This document shows positions 7,788 to 15,984 of a DNA stretch of 32,000 nt, piece by piece. Both the position numbers and the translations under genes were made by a program. This DNA is from Geobacter sulfurreducens PCA (GTDB lineage: Bacteria > Desulfobacterota > Desulfuromonadia > Geobacterales > Geobacteraceae): NCBI RefSeq assembly GCF_000007985.2, contig NC_002939.5:930001-962000 (forward strand), given 5' to 3'. The notes under the pieces are model-generated. The model was not told the DNA's origin. It did no database searches and saw only the letters and a list, made by a program, of their open reading frames with translations. How positions within the stretch are numbered: the stretch's first letter is position 1; every line of letters begins with the position of its first letter.

Positions 7788-9803
7788 TCACGGGGCGGGG
7801 AGCACCTCGATCCGCGTATCATAGAATGTGCTGCCGTTGCCCCGGTCCGTGAGCCGTTGGCTGGTGAGGGCGTTCACGGTCCGGTCGCCCGGGGCGTGCT
7901 CCAGCCACCAGACCCCCTCGGCCACGGCCACCCCCGGCGGAACCCGGTCGGTGATCCGCAGGATGAAGGCGACCCGGCCCCGGTCGTTGACGGCGGTCAC
8001 CCGCTGCCCCTCGGCCAGGTTCCGGGCTGTTGCCTCGGCCGGGTTCAGGAGGAGCGACATGGCGCCCCCCTGCTTCTGCCGCAGCTCTTCCTGCTCGTAG
8101 AAGGAGGCGTTCAGGGCGTAGGGGGTGGGGGCGGTCATGAGCCTGAGGGGAAGCTCGCCCGCGTCTTCGTGGCAAGGAATGTGACGGGGGAGTGGTTCAG
8201 GCTCGCGGGGATTGAGGATCTCCACCTTGCCCGAGGGAGTGGCGAAGATGCGCGGGGCATCGGGGGCCAGGGGGAGTTCCACGGCCAGACCCGCGTCGAA
8301 ACGGACCTGGTCGATCCCGGCCCGCATGGCGGTGGGGACCGACAGGAGCCGGTCGATCATCTCCCCGGCGCTCCGGCGGAAAAACTCCTCCTCGAACCCC
8401 ATGGCCCCGGCCAGCAGGGCGAAGGTGTCCCAGTTGGATCTGCTCTCCCCCACGGGCGGGATGGCAGGGTGGGCCCGCTGGATGCAGTAGGTGCCGTAGG
8501 CCCGGTACACGTCTGCGTGCTCTAGGGACGAGGTGGCCGGCAGCACGATGTCGGCGTAACGGGCCGTGTCGGTCAGGAACCGCTCGTGGACCACGGTGAA
8601 GAGGTCGTCCCGGCAGAGCCCCCGGATCACCTCGTTCTGGTCCGGGGTCACCGCGGCCGGGTTCGAGTGGTACACATACAGGGACATGACCGGCGGGTCG
8701 GCCAGCCCGGTCAGGGCGTGGCCGAGCCGGTTCATGTTCACGACGCGGGTGGGCCGCGCCATGAAGTCCTCACGCAGCACCTCTCCCAGGGCAAAGGCGG
8801 GACCGGTGCTCGTTGAGGCCAGACAGCCGCCGCCCCGCACGGCATAAGCCCCGGTCAGGGCGGGCAGGGCCGCGATGCAGCGCACCGTCATGGCCCCGTT
8901 GCCGTAGCGGGAAAGCCCGCTCCCCAGGCGGATGAAGGGGGCGCGCGCCCGGCCGTAGCGCCGGGCCAGCTCTTCGATCTCCGCCGCCGGGATGCCCGTG
9001 AGGGCCGCCACCCGCTCCGGGGGATAGTCCGGGAGAATCCGCTCCGCCAGCTCATCGTACCCCTGTACCCGTTCAGCCAGGAATGCCCGGTCCACCAGGC
9101 CGTCCCGGGCCAGCACGTGCATCATCCCCAGTGCCAGTGCTCCGTCGCTGCCGGGGCGGGGCAGGATCACCCGGTCGGCTGCAGCGGCCGTAGGGGTCCG
9201 GTAGGTGTCGATCACCCAGACAGGGGCTCCCCGCCTGCGGGCCTCGCGCACTCCGTGGAGGAAATGGATATTGGTGGCCGCCGCATTGATCCCCCAGAGG
9301 ATTACCAGGTCGCTCTCCGCCACTTCGTCCGGATGGGGGGCCGGAGTATCGCCCATTACTGCCTTCCACCCCGCCTCCTTGGCCGGTGAGCAGATGGTCC
9401 GCTCCAGCCGCGACGCCCCCAGCCGGTGGAAGAAGGGGTGACCGGCATTGCGCTGCACCAGTCCCATGGTGCCCGCGTAGGAATAGGGGAGGATCGCCTC
9501 GGCTCCGTGGACGGCGATGATCTCGCGCCAGCGGGATGCAATGGCGGCAACGGTCTCGTCCCACGACGCGGGCCGGAACGAACCGCTCCCCTTGGGGCCG
9601 GTCCGCACGAGCGGAGTGGTCAGCCGCCGGGAAGAGTGGACCGTCTTTTCATAGTGGAGCATCTTGGGGCAGAGGGTGCCCCGGGTGAAGGGGTGGTCTG
9701 GATCGCCGGTCACGCGCACCGCACGGCCGTTCTCGACCTCCACCAGCAAGCCGCAGGTGTCGGGGCAGTCATAGGGACAGACGGAACGCTTCAGTTCGGG
9801 CAT
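7788..9803 (-). CDS. Cytoplasmic molybdopterin-dependent oxidoreductase (MopB superfamily) with N-terminal 4Fe-4S motif
   Basis: Begins MPELKRSVCPYDCPDTCGLLVEVENGRAVRVTGDPDHPFTRGTLCPK (C-x2-C-x3-C...C). No twin-arginine signal. Start set at the internal ATG 9803, preceded by SD GGGAGG. The ORF-track extension to 10124 overlaps the kinase gene in another frame. Confidence 0.85.
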   Translation of the reverse strand: MPELKRSVCPYDCPDTCGLLVEVENGRAVRVTGDPDHPFTRGTLCPKMLHYEKTVHSSRRLTTPLVRTGPKGSGSFRPASWDETVAAIASRWREIIAVHGAEAILPYSYAGTMGLVQRNAGHPFFHRLGASRLERTICSPAKEAGWKAVMGDTPAPHPDEVAESDLVILWGINAAATNIHFLHGVREARRRGAPVWVIDTYRTPTAAAADRVILPRPGSDGALALGMMHVLARDGLVDRAFLAERVQGYDELAERILPDYPPERVAALTGIPAAEIEELARRYGRARAPFIRLGSGLSRYGNGAMTVRCIAALPALTGAYAVRGGGCLASTSTGPAFALGEVLREDFMARPTRVVNMNRLGHALTGLADPPVMSLYVYHSNPAAVTPDQNEVIRGLCRDDLFTVVHERFLTDTARYADIVLPATSSLEHADVYRAYGTYCIQRAHPAIPPVGESRSNWDTFALLAGAMGFEEEFFRRSAGEMIDRLLSVPTAMRAGIDQVRFDAGLAVELPLAPDAPRIFATPSGKVEILNPREPEPLPRHIPCHEDAGELPLRLMTAPTPYALNASFYEQEELRQKQGGAMSLLLNPAEATARNLAEGQRVTAVNDRGRVAFILRITDRVPPGVAVAEGVWWLEHAPGDRTVNALTSQRLTDRGNGSTFYDTRIEVLPAP

Positions 9804-9822
9804 GGTCGCCTCCCTGGGAGGA

Positions 9823-11397
9823 TCAGGCCGGGGCACTCTCCGGGAGGGTGAAGTAGCAGGTGGTACCCGCCCCCTCGGCGCTTTCGAGCCAGACACGGCC
9901 CTGGTGGCGGGAAATGATCCGCTGCACGATGGCCAGCCCCACGCCGGTACCGGGGAACTCGTCCTGGCCGTGGAGTCGATGGAACGGCTCGAAGATCTTG
10001 TGGGCATAGCCCATGTTGAAGCCGGCGCCGTTGTCGCGGATGAAGCAGACGAGCTCTCCCTCCTGGTGCATGCTGCCGAACTCGATCCGCGCGTCGGCCC
10101 TGCGGGAGGTGAACTTCCAGGCATTGCCGATCAGGTTGTCCAGGGCCACCCAGAGGAGCTCAGGGTCCCCCGTGGCCGCGGCCCCCGGTTCCACCGACAC
10201 CGCCACCTGCCGCTGGGGTTCCGTTGCCCGGTGGGCCGCAACCACCTTCTCCACCAGTTCGCTCAGGTTCACCGGCTGCAGTTCAAGCTCCCGGCGCTGA
10301 ACCCGGAACAGGCTCGACATGGCGGACATGACCCGCTCCATCTGAACCCCCACCTCGGCGATCCGGTCCAGGTAGTCCCGCAGCTCCCCGTCCAGGCGGT
10401 CGCCGCAGTCCTCCTCAAGGGCCTGGCACAGGCCGCGCAGCCGGAGCAGCGGCGCCCGCAGATCGTGGGAGGCCGAGTAATTGAACGACTCCAGTTCCCG
10501 GTTGGCCGCCATGAGCTCGGCGGTCCGCCGGCGCACCATCTCCTCAAGGTTGACGTTCAGTTCCCGAATCTTGCGCTCCGACTCCTCCTGGGCCAGCTTG
10601 CGCTGGAGCAGCGACTCGGCCATGCTGTTGAACGACGCCGCCAGGGACCCCAACTCGTCCTGGGACTCCACCGGCACCCGCACCTCTTTGTTGCCCGCAG
10701 CGATCTCCCTGACCCCCCGCTCCAGGTGGGTCAGTGGCCGGGTAATTCCCCTGATCACGGGGTAGAGTGCTCCGATTACCGCCACCAGCGCAGCGGCGGT
10801 AACCAGCAGCGCCGTGGCTGCCAGCTGGTTCACTTTCCGGTGGAGCGGCCTCTCGTCCATCACCAGGTGCACCGATCCGATGACAGTACTGCTTTCACGG
10901 CCGCCCTCGAAGAAGAGGTCTTCCTCGTTGCCGGCCGAATGCTGGGTCAGGATCGGCTCCACGAACTCCAGGGAGTCCTGTCCGTCGCGGATGCGTCCCT
11001 CCACCCCAGGGCCGGGCGGGGAAAAAGCCGTTGGAGTACTTTTGTCGTTACGCGGATTTTGGCGGACGAAGTGGGCCAGCGGATGCCCTTCCCGGTCCAG
11101 GATTGCCGTTTCAAGCACAGTGCCGTGGCCCGTGACTCCCTGGACCACCTCCTGAAGCTGGTCGGTGTTGCCCGCGAAAAGGGGGAGCCGCGCGTTGTGG
11201 GCCAGGAGCCGCGTCATGAGCCGGCCCTCGGTGAGGAGCTTGTCGTGCAGGGAGCGGTACTGGTTGTAGAGGAAGAAGGCGGCAAAACAGGCGGAGAGGG
11301 CGATGATCGAGAGACAGATCACCGTAAAGAGCTTCGCCCGGAAGCTCGTGCGGAGAACGGCAAAAAAAGAACGCACTGGAGGAGCGTTCGCACCCAT
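9823..11397 (-). CDS. Membrane sensor histidine kinase (2 TM, periplasmic domain, HAMP, HisKA, HATPase_c)
   Basis: Two hydrophobic segments flank a roughly 150-aa extracytoplasmic region. H-box SASHDLRAPL, N-box DNLIGNAWKF, G-boxes IRDNGAGF and GTGVGLAIV. The start is 3 nt after the upstream gene's stop. Confidence 0.9.
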   Translation of the reverse strand: MGANAPPVRSFFAVLRTSFRAKLFTVICLSIIALSACFAAFFLYNQYRSLHDKLLTEGRLMTRLLAHNARLPLFAGNTDQLQEVVQGVTGHGTVLETAILDREGHPLAHFVRQNPRNDKSTPTAFSPPGPGVEGRIRDGQDSLEFVEPILTQHSAGNEEDLFFEGGRESSTVIGSVHLVMDERPLHRKVNQLAATALLVTAAALVAVIGALYPVIRGITRPLTHLERGVREIAAGNKEVRVPVESQDELGSLAASFNSMAESLLQRKLAQEESERKIRELNVNLEEMVRRRTAELMAANRELESFNYSASHDLRAPLLRLRGLCQALEEDCGDRLDGELRDYLDRIAEVGVQMERVMSAMSSLFRVQRRELELQPVNLSELVEKVVAAHRATEPQRQVAVSVEPGAAATGDPELLWVALDNLIGNAWKFTSRRADARIEFGSMHQEGELVCFIRDNGAGFNMGYAHKIFEPFHRLHGQDEFPGTGVGLAIVQRIISRHQGRVWLESAEGAGTTCYFTLPESAPA

Positions 11398-11400
11398 TGG

Positions 11401-12273
11401 TTACTCTCCGAGTCGTGCCGGGTCGATTCCCAGGTGGCGCGCCACCGAGCCGTTCAGCTTGAGGGTCGGCCGTGCCGGGCCTTCGGCCGGTACGCTCTCG
11501 ACGCCCACGCCGTCCATGATACGACGGGCCATCCTGCCCGCCTGGCGGCCCAGGTCGACCGGATCGATGGCCAGCGCCGCCAGGGCGCCCGTGCCCAGGT
11601 ACTTCTCGGCAAAGGCCACCACCGGTACCCGGCTGTTCTGGGAGAAGAGGAAGATCGCCTCCTGCCCCTCCCGGGTGAGTACCGTGGCGTCGGGGAAGAG
11701 CCAGAGCACATCGGTCTTGCCCGCCAGCTCCGACAGGGTGCGCGGCACGTCCCGGGGCGAGCGGACCACCCCTTCAACCAGGGTGATGCCCAGGCGCTCG
11801 GCCGCCGCGCGGGCCTGCCGCGCCATGACGCCGGTGCGCTCCGGGTCGTAGAGGATTCCCACCCGCCGGCCGCCGATACTGTCGCGGATGAAGGTAAGGT
11901 AGCGCTCGGGCGCCACCGTCATGGTCACCCCGGTCACGTTGCGGCCCAGGGCGCCGGTCGACTCGGGGGAGGCCACCATCACGTACACCACCGGAATCTC
12001 GCGGATCTCCCTCACCCGGATCAGGGCCTCGCGGCCCACGGCCAGCACCAGGCGGGGGCGCGCCTCGCGCACGGTCCGCACCACGTCGGCGCCCCGCAGC
12101 TCCGAGAGGACCAGCCGCTCCACGGTACGTACCCCGGCCGTCCCCTCGAAGCCGCGCACTGCCGCCTCGTAGGGGATGTTCCGCTCGCCCTGCACCACCA
12201 CGACCTCCGCGGCGAAAGCCGGGAAGCCCCAGAGGAGCAGCAAGGCGAGTATGTGGAAGATACGTGCCGTCAT
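11401..12273 (-). CDS. Periplasmic ABC-type substrate-binding protein (ABC_sub_bind-like) with no transporter partners in the window
   Basis: Signal peptide MTARIFHILALLLLWGFPAFA. Type I periplasmic-binding-fold-like sequence (VGILYDPERTG..., DVLWLFPDATV..., VPVVAFAEKYL). No adjacent permease or ATPase genes. Confidence 0.7.
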   Translation of the reverse strand: MTARIFHILALLLLWGFPAFAAEVVVVQGERNIPYEAAVRGFEGTAGVRTVERLVLSELRGADVVRTVREARPRLVLAVGREALIRVREIREIPVVYVMVASPESTGALGRNVTGVTMTVAPERYLTFIRDSIGGRRVGILYDPERTGVMARQARAAAERLGITLVEGVVRSPRDVPRTLSELAGKTDVLWLFPDATVLTREGQEAIFLFSQNSRVPVVAFAEKYLGTGALAALAIDPVDLGRQAGRMARRIMDGVGVESVPAEGPARPTLKLNGSVARHLGIDPARLGE

Positions 12274-12293
12274 GGGTTCCTAAATCGTTTTCT

Positions 12294-14177
12294 TTACCAC
12301 TTGATGCGCAGGCCGCCTTCGAACCAGCGGCCGGGGTTTTTGAATATCTCGTCGTGATACTGGGCACCGTTGAACAGGTTGTGGCCGGTGGCGAAGAGCT
12401 CGGCCTCCGTGTTGTCGCTCCGGAAGAAGCGCCACCCTAGGTTGAGGTCCCAGATGAAGTTGTTGTATTCGGCCCCGAAGTAATCGGGGGTGTTCCACCA
12501 GCGATACGCACCGGTGAGAGCGCCGCGGAAGGTTCGGTCGTCGTAGTGAAGTCCCAGGTCCCAGGTGTGCCGGGCGACTGCGGGAAGTTTCTCGTCGGTC
12601 TGGAGGTTCTTGGCGTCGGTGAAGACATATCCGGCGGTGAGCCATGAGTTGTAAATCGGTGCGGTGCGGGCCTCTATCTCAAATCCTTCCCGTAGCGTCC
12701 TTGTTACGGTATCACCCCGCTCTTTGAATTGATTGCGGAACCAAGTCCCTTTGAGCCAGAGGAAGGGGATATCGGTGGTTTCGAGGCCGGCCTGTACGGT
12801 CCAACCGTTGTCTTTGGTGGAATAAGCCGGGTTCAGGATCGGCAAGTTGTAGCCCCGGGCGGCGTAGGCCCGGAGCAGGGTTTTATCCGTGACGCTGAAG
12901 GTGGCCCCGAGGCTCGGGCTGAAGAAGTCGCCGGAGTGGCTGGTGAGGTCGTAGCGGACCGCCGGGGTGATGCTGAACCGCTCCCAGGTGATGGTGTCGT
13001 TTAGGAAGAAGCCCCACTTGTCGTTGGAGGCGTCGATCGTTTGGTTGAACAGGAAAAGAGGGTAGTCAAAGCTCGTCTTGGTCTGGCCATGGTCGAACTC
13101 GACTCCGCCGGTCAGGGTGTGGACCCCCTGGCGCCAAGTGAGGATGGCCGCACCGCCTGATGTTATTTCGTCGCTGGTGATGGTGGAGAAACGTTCGCCA
13201 GTGCTGAGGGTGTCATCAATACGGGTATAGTCAAACCGGCTACCCTTAAAGAACGTGTTGAAAGTGAGTCGGTCGGTCAGATTGTAGTCGAGAGAGATAG
13301 TCGACTGGAGGAAGCGGATCTTGAGTCGATCGGAATAGTCAGCAAACGTAATCAGGCCAATCTGCGGCGCCGTCTCCATGGAATTGAAGGTTAGACGTAA
13401 GCTTCCCCGGTCGGCTAGGTTCCAGCGGAGCTTGGCATAGGCGTTGTTGTTTTCGGTGGCGTTGAAGGAGTGGAAGCCGTTGCTCTTGACGTTGCCGCCC
13501 GACAGGTAGTAGCCGAAGCTTCCCACCGTACCGGAGACTTCGCCCCGGCCGTCACGGGTGCCGTTCTCGCCGCCCGAGAAGGAAGCGGCGCCGCTGAAGG
13601 AGGCGTGGAGGGCCGGTTCCTTGGTGATGACGTTGACGATCCCCCCCAGTGAGTTGCCCCAGCTTGAGGAGGCAGGCCCCTTGAGTACCTCCACCCGCTC
13701 GATGATCTGGACCGGAACCATGCCTGGGGCGGCAAAGTTGTCGAACTGATCGTCAATGGGAACTCCATCGACCAAAATCTGGATGTATCGGGTGGTGGCG
13801 CCTGCGAATTCAGTGAAGGTGATGGATGCCGGAGCAGTATTGCCGGAGACCTGAACACCGGGAACCGTAGCTAGCACGTCGGCCAGAGTGTGGGCGTTCA
13901 TCGCTTCTATCTGCTCGGCAGTGATGACCGTGATGTTTTCAGCACTCCGCGAAAGTGGCCGGGGGGAGCGGGTGGCGGTGGAGACGGTCAGGTCCTGGGG
14001 CTCGTAGTAGAGTTCCAGGAGTTCTCGGTCGCTGTCGGTTTCGGCGTGGGCCGTGAAGGGTAAGGTCAGGGCGAGGAGACCCAAGAAAAAAAAGAGCCCC
14101 GGAAGCAACGACGAAAGGCGCCGAAAGGTGCTTCCGGCGCGCGATTTCGCAGTGTTGATAGGGCTCGCAGTTGGCAT
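12294..14177 (-). CDS. TonB-dependent receptor family outer-membrane protein (plug + beta-barrel)
   Basis: Signal peptide ending FTAHA. Plug region ITVITAEQIEAMNAHTLADVLATVPGVQV and VEVLKGPASSSWGNSLGGIVNVITK. Barrel with alternating aromatic and Gly residues, ending in GGLRIKW (terminal aromatic). Confidence 0.9.
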   Translation of the reverse strand: MPTASPINTAKSRAGSTFRRLSSLLPGLFFFLGLLALTLPFTAHAETDSDRELLELYYEPQDLTVSTATRSPRPLSRSAENITVITAEQIEAMNAHTLADVLATVPGVQVSGNTAPASITFTEFAGATTRYIQILVDGVPIDDQFDNFAAPGMVPVQIIERVEVLKGPASSSWGNSLGGIVNVITKEPALHASFSGAASFSGGENGTRDGRGEVSGTVGSFGYYLSGGNVKSNGFHSFNATENNNAYAKLRWNLADRGSLRLTFNSMETAPQIGLITFADYSDRLKIRFLQSTISLDYNLTDRLTFNTFFKGSRFDYTRIDDTLSTGERFSTITSDEITSGGAAILTWRQGVHTLTGGVEFDHGQTKTSFDYPLFLFNQTIDASNDKWGFFLNDTITWERFSITPAVRYDLTSHSGDFFSPSLGATFSVTDKTLLRAYAARGYNLPILNPAYSTKDNGWTVQAGLETTDIPFLWLKGTWFRNQFKERGDTVTRTLREGFEIEARTAPIYNSWLTAGYVFTDAKNLQTDEKLPAVARHTWDLGLHYDDRTFRGALTGAYRWWNTPDYFGAEYNNFIWDLNLGWRFFRSDNTEAELFATGHNLFNGAQYHDEIFKNPGRWFEGGLRIKW

Positions 14178-14221
14178 GGGGCTTGCTTTGATGAGCTGGC
14201 AAAGTTGGAACAGACGTATGG

Positions 14222-14251
14222 CTTATAGCAGAGGAGCAGGACGAATGTCTA
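14222..14251 (-). promoter_or_regulatory. Sigma70-type promoter candidate for the TBDR-SBP-HK-oxidoreductase operon
   Basis: The minus strand reads TAGACA (complement of 14246-14251), 18-nt spacer, TATAAG (complement of 14222-14227). It lies about 45 nt upstream of the receptor ATG at 14177. Confidence 0.45.
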
Positions 14252-14306
14252 TCGCTTTTTGTCCGAAAGGGTAATGACGTCAGGTCGAAGAGAGGGGGTG
14301 AGACTA

Positions 14307-14426
14307 ATGAGCCAAATGACGGATGATGTGACGGTTCTCGACGCTGGCAATCCGACCCCCACAGAGGGGCGGGCGGCTTGCTGCACGTCGACGATTGCCG
14401 CTACGAGGGTCCAGCCGGAGGAGTAG
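14307..14426 (+). CDS. Unannotated 39-codon ORF: candidate precursor peptide for the downstream radical SAM/SPASM enzyme
   Basis: Below the ORF-track length cut-off. ATG at 14307 is preceded by SD GAGGGGG with an 8-nt spacer. It translates to MSQMTDDVTVLDAGNPTPTEGRAACCTSTIAATRVQPEE, ending at TAG 14424-14426. About three quarters of third codon positions are G/C, as in real genes here. Same strand as the maturase and 220 nt upstream of it. An alternative in-frame ATG at 14274 would give 50 aa but has poor SD spacing. Confidence 0.45.
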   Translation: MSQMTDDVTVLDAGNPTPTEGRAACCTSTIAATRVQPEE

Positions 14427-14432
14427 AAAACC

Positions 14433-14472
14433 GCAGAACGAGAAAGGGGCCATGGCCCCTTTCTCGTTCTGC
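14433..14472. repeat. Perfect 40-nt palindrome (18-bp stem, CATG loop) 7 nt after the small ORF's stop
   Basis: GCAGAACGAGAAAGGGGC-CATG-GCCCCTTTCTCGTTCTGC, arms exactly reverse-complementary (checked base by base). An A-run lies upstream and there is no T-run downstream on the + strand. Confidence 0.9.
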
Positions 14473-14646
14473 TCTCACAAAAACGGTACGAACTGTCCAT
14501 CCCCGGCCGGCGGACGGCCACGGAAGCAGCCACGAAGCCCCCGTTTTCCGGACCGCCATGGACTTTGGCGTCTTCGTCCATGGTGCTGGGGCGATGCGGC
14601 AATCTCTGAGATAGTTATTTCTTCATCCCTTTTCGGAGTCCATCCC

Positions 14647-15984
14647 ATGATCCTCTCCCGCTACGTCTCCTCTTACCCTTGTTCGGAATCACCCGACCAC
14701 GTCATCCTCTTCTCCTGCCGTACCGGCGCGGTGGTGCGGGGTTCCCGGTCCACCCTCGACGCGGCCCAGGCCGGCACCCTTTCTCCTGCCGCGGCCGAGA
14801 CCCTGGAGAAGCACGGCTTTCTCACGCCCGGCCCCGAGGCCGAGCGGGCGGAGATGCTCGCCTGGTTCGACCGGATCAACGCCGAGCGGCGCCGGGCCGG
14901 CATGGTGGCGGTGCTCACGCGGCGCTGCAACCTGGCCTGTCCCTACTGCTTCGAGGGAGGGCAGGCGCCGGAAGGCGACATGAGCGAGGAGACCGCGGAC
15001 CTCCTGGCCGCGATGATCGAGCGGGAGTACCTGGCAAAGGGGTGGCGGGTGGATATGGATTTCTACGGCGGCGAGCCGCTGCTCCGGCCCGACCTGATCA
15101 GGCGGATCGCGGAGCCGCTGCGAGCCGCGGGGGGCGGGCTGTTCCACGGCAACATGGTCAGCAACGGCTCCCTGCTGAACCGGGCGGTGATGACGGACCT
15201 GACAGCTTTGGGGATCGAGTCGGTCAAAGTGACCCTGGACGGTCCGCCCCAGGTGCACGACCGGTACCGCCCCTACGGCGGCGGCGCCGGGAGCTTTCAC
15301 GACATCCTGCGGGGAATGGGCGAGGTGGTCGATCTGGTGAAGATCCACGTGGGAGGGAACTTTACCCGGGAGACCTGGCGGGAATACCCGGCGCTCCTGG
15401 ACCTGCTGCTGGCAGAGGGGTTCACCCCGGACCGGCTCGGCACGGTGCGCTTCACCCCGGCCGTGGGGGGGAAGGGGAGCGGAGCGTTGCCCCACTTCGC
15501 CGAGGGGTGCGTGACCTGCGAGGAGCCGTGGCTGGCCGAGGCGGAGCTGGTGCTGCGGGAGGAGTTGATGAAGCGGGGCTTCGGCGTGCCCAAGCCCGGC
15601 CCCTTTTCCTGCATGATCGAGCTAGAGAGCGACCTGGCCGTGGACGCCGACGGCCGCTGCTACAAGTGCCCGGCCTTCATGGGGCACGAGGGGTATGCCG
15701 TGGGCGACCTGCGCGCCGGCTTCAGCCCTACGGCACCGTCCTACGGCTACGATATCTGGCGCCGGGAGGAGTGCCTGGACTGCTCCTGGCTCCCCCTCTG
15801 CTTCGGCGGCTGCCGCTTCATGAAGCTGGTGGAGGCCGGGGCGGTGACCGGCGTGTCGTGCCAGCGGGAGTACCTGGCCGGCACGGTGGAGACGATGGTG
15901 CGCCGGGGGGCTGGCGGTGGGCAGCTCAGTCCAGCAGTGAATCCAGGTGATCGAAGTCCAGAATCTCTTCGGCCTGGGCCTTGA
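14647..15984 (+). CDS. Radical SAM / SPASM-domain enzyme, peptide-maturase-like
   Basis: CNLACPYC (Cx3Cx2C) SAM cluster motif. C-terminal SPASM pattern ...DADGRCYKC... and CLDCSWLPLCFGGC (Cx2Cx5Cx3C). The N-terminal ~75 aa (MILSRYVSSYP...ILFSCRTGAVV...LEKHGFL) resemble the leader-binding N-terminal region of anSME-type peptide maturases. Start set at ATG 14647 (SD GGAG, 8-nt spacer) rather than the ORF-track 14395. Confidence 0.85.
   Translation: MILSRYVSSYPCSESPDHVILFSCRTGAVVRGSRSTLDAAQAGTLSPAAAETLEKHGFLTPGPEAERAEMLAWFDRINAERRRAGMVAVLTRRCNLACPYCFEGGQAPEGDMSEETADLLAAMIEREYLAKGWRVDMDFYGGEPLLRPDLIRRIAEPLRAAGGGLFHGNMVSNGSLLNRAVMTDLTALGIESVKVTLDGPPQVHDRYRPYGGGAGSFHDILRGMGEVVDLVKIHVGGNFTRETWREYPALLDLLLAEGFTPDRLGTVRFTPAVGGKGSGALPHFAEGCVTCEEPWLAEAELVLREELMKRGFGVPKPGPFSCMIELESDLAVDADGRCYKCPAFMGHEGYAVGDLRAGFSPTAPSYGYDIWRREECLDCSWLPLCFGGCRFMKLVEAGAVTGVSCQREYLAGTVETMVRRGAGGGQLSPAVNPGDRSPESLRPGP

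Noticed and set aside
9804-10124. 107-codon N-terminal extension of the molybdopterin oxidoreductase ORF
   Set aside because: The extension overlaps the 3' end of the kinase gene and is Ser/Pro/Arg-rich. The internal ATG at 9803 has a GGGAGG SD and begins exactly at the conserved Fe-S motif region.
9802-12357. 851-aa ORF on the + strand, the longest + ORF in this region
   Set aside because: It lies entirely antisense to the well-supported kinase and binding-protein genes. Its translation is low-complexity and rich in G/R/P/H/V/L, with no recognisable motifs. This is the typical shadow ORF of a high-GC genome.
14245-14274. 9-codon mini-ORF MSIAFCPKG with an AGGAG-like SD, upstream of the candidate precursor ORF
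   Set aside because: It coincides with the -35 and spacer of the divergent receptor-operon promoter, and it is too short to evaluate. It is probably coincidental, although a leader-peptide role cannot be excluded.
14395-14646. 84-codon N-terminal extension of the radical SAM/SPASM ORF (including an ATG in the palindrome loop at 14452, giving MAPFSFCSHKNGTNCPSP...)
   Set aside because: It has no usable SD; the only G-rich tract is 2 nt from the ATG and buried in an 18-bp stem. The composition is basic and Pro-rich. The ATG at 14647 has a proper SD and starts the conserved maturase N-terminal region. I considered a fused Cys-containing precursor but found no support for it.
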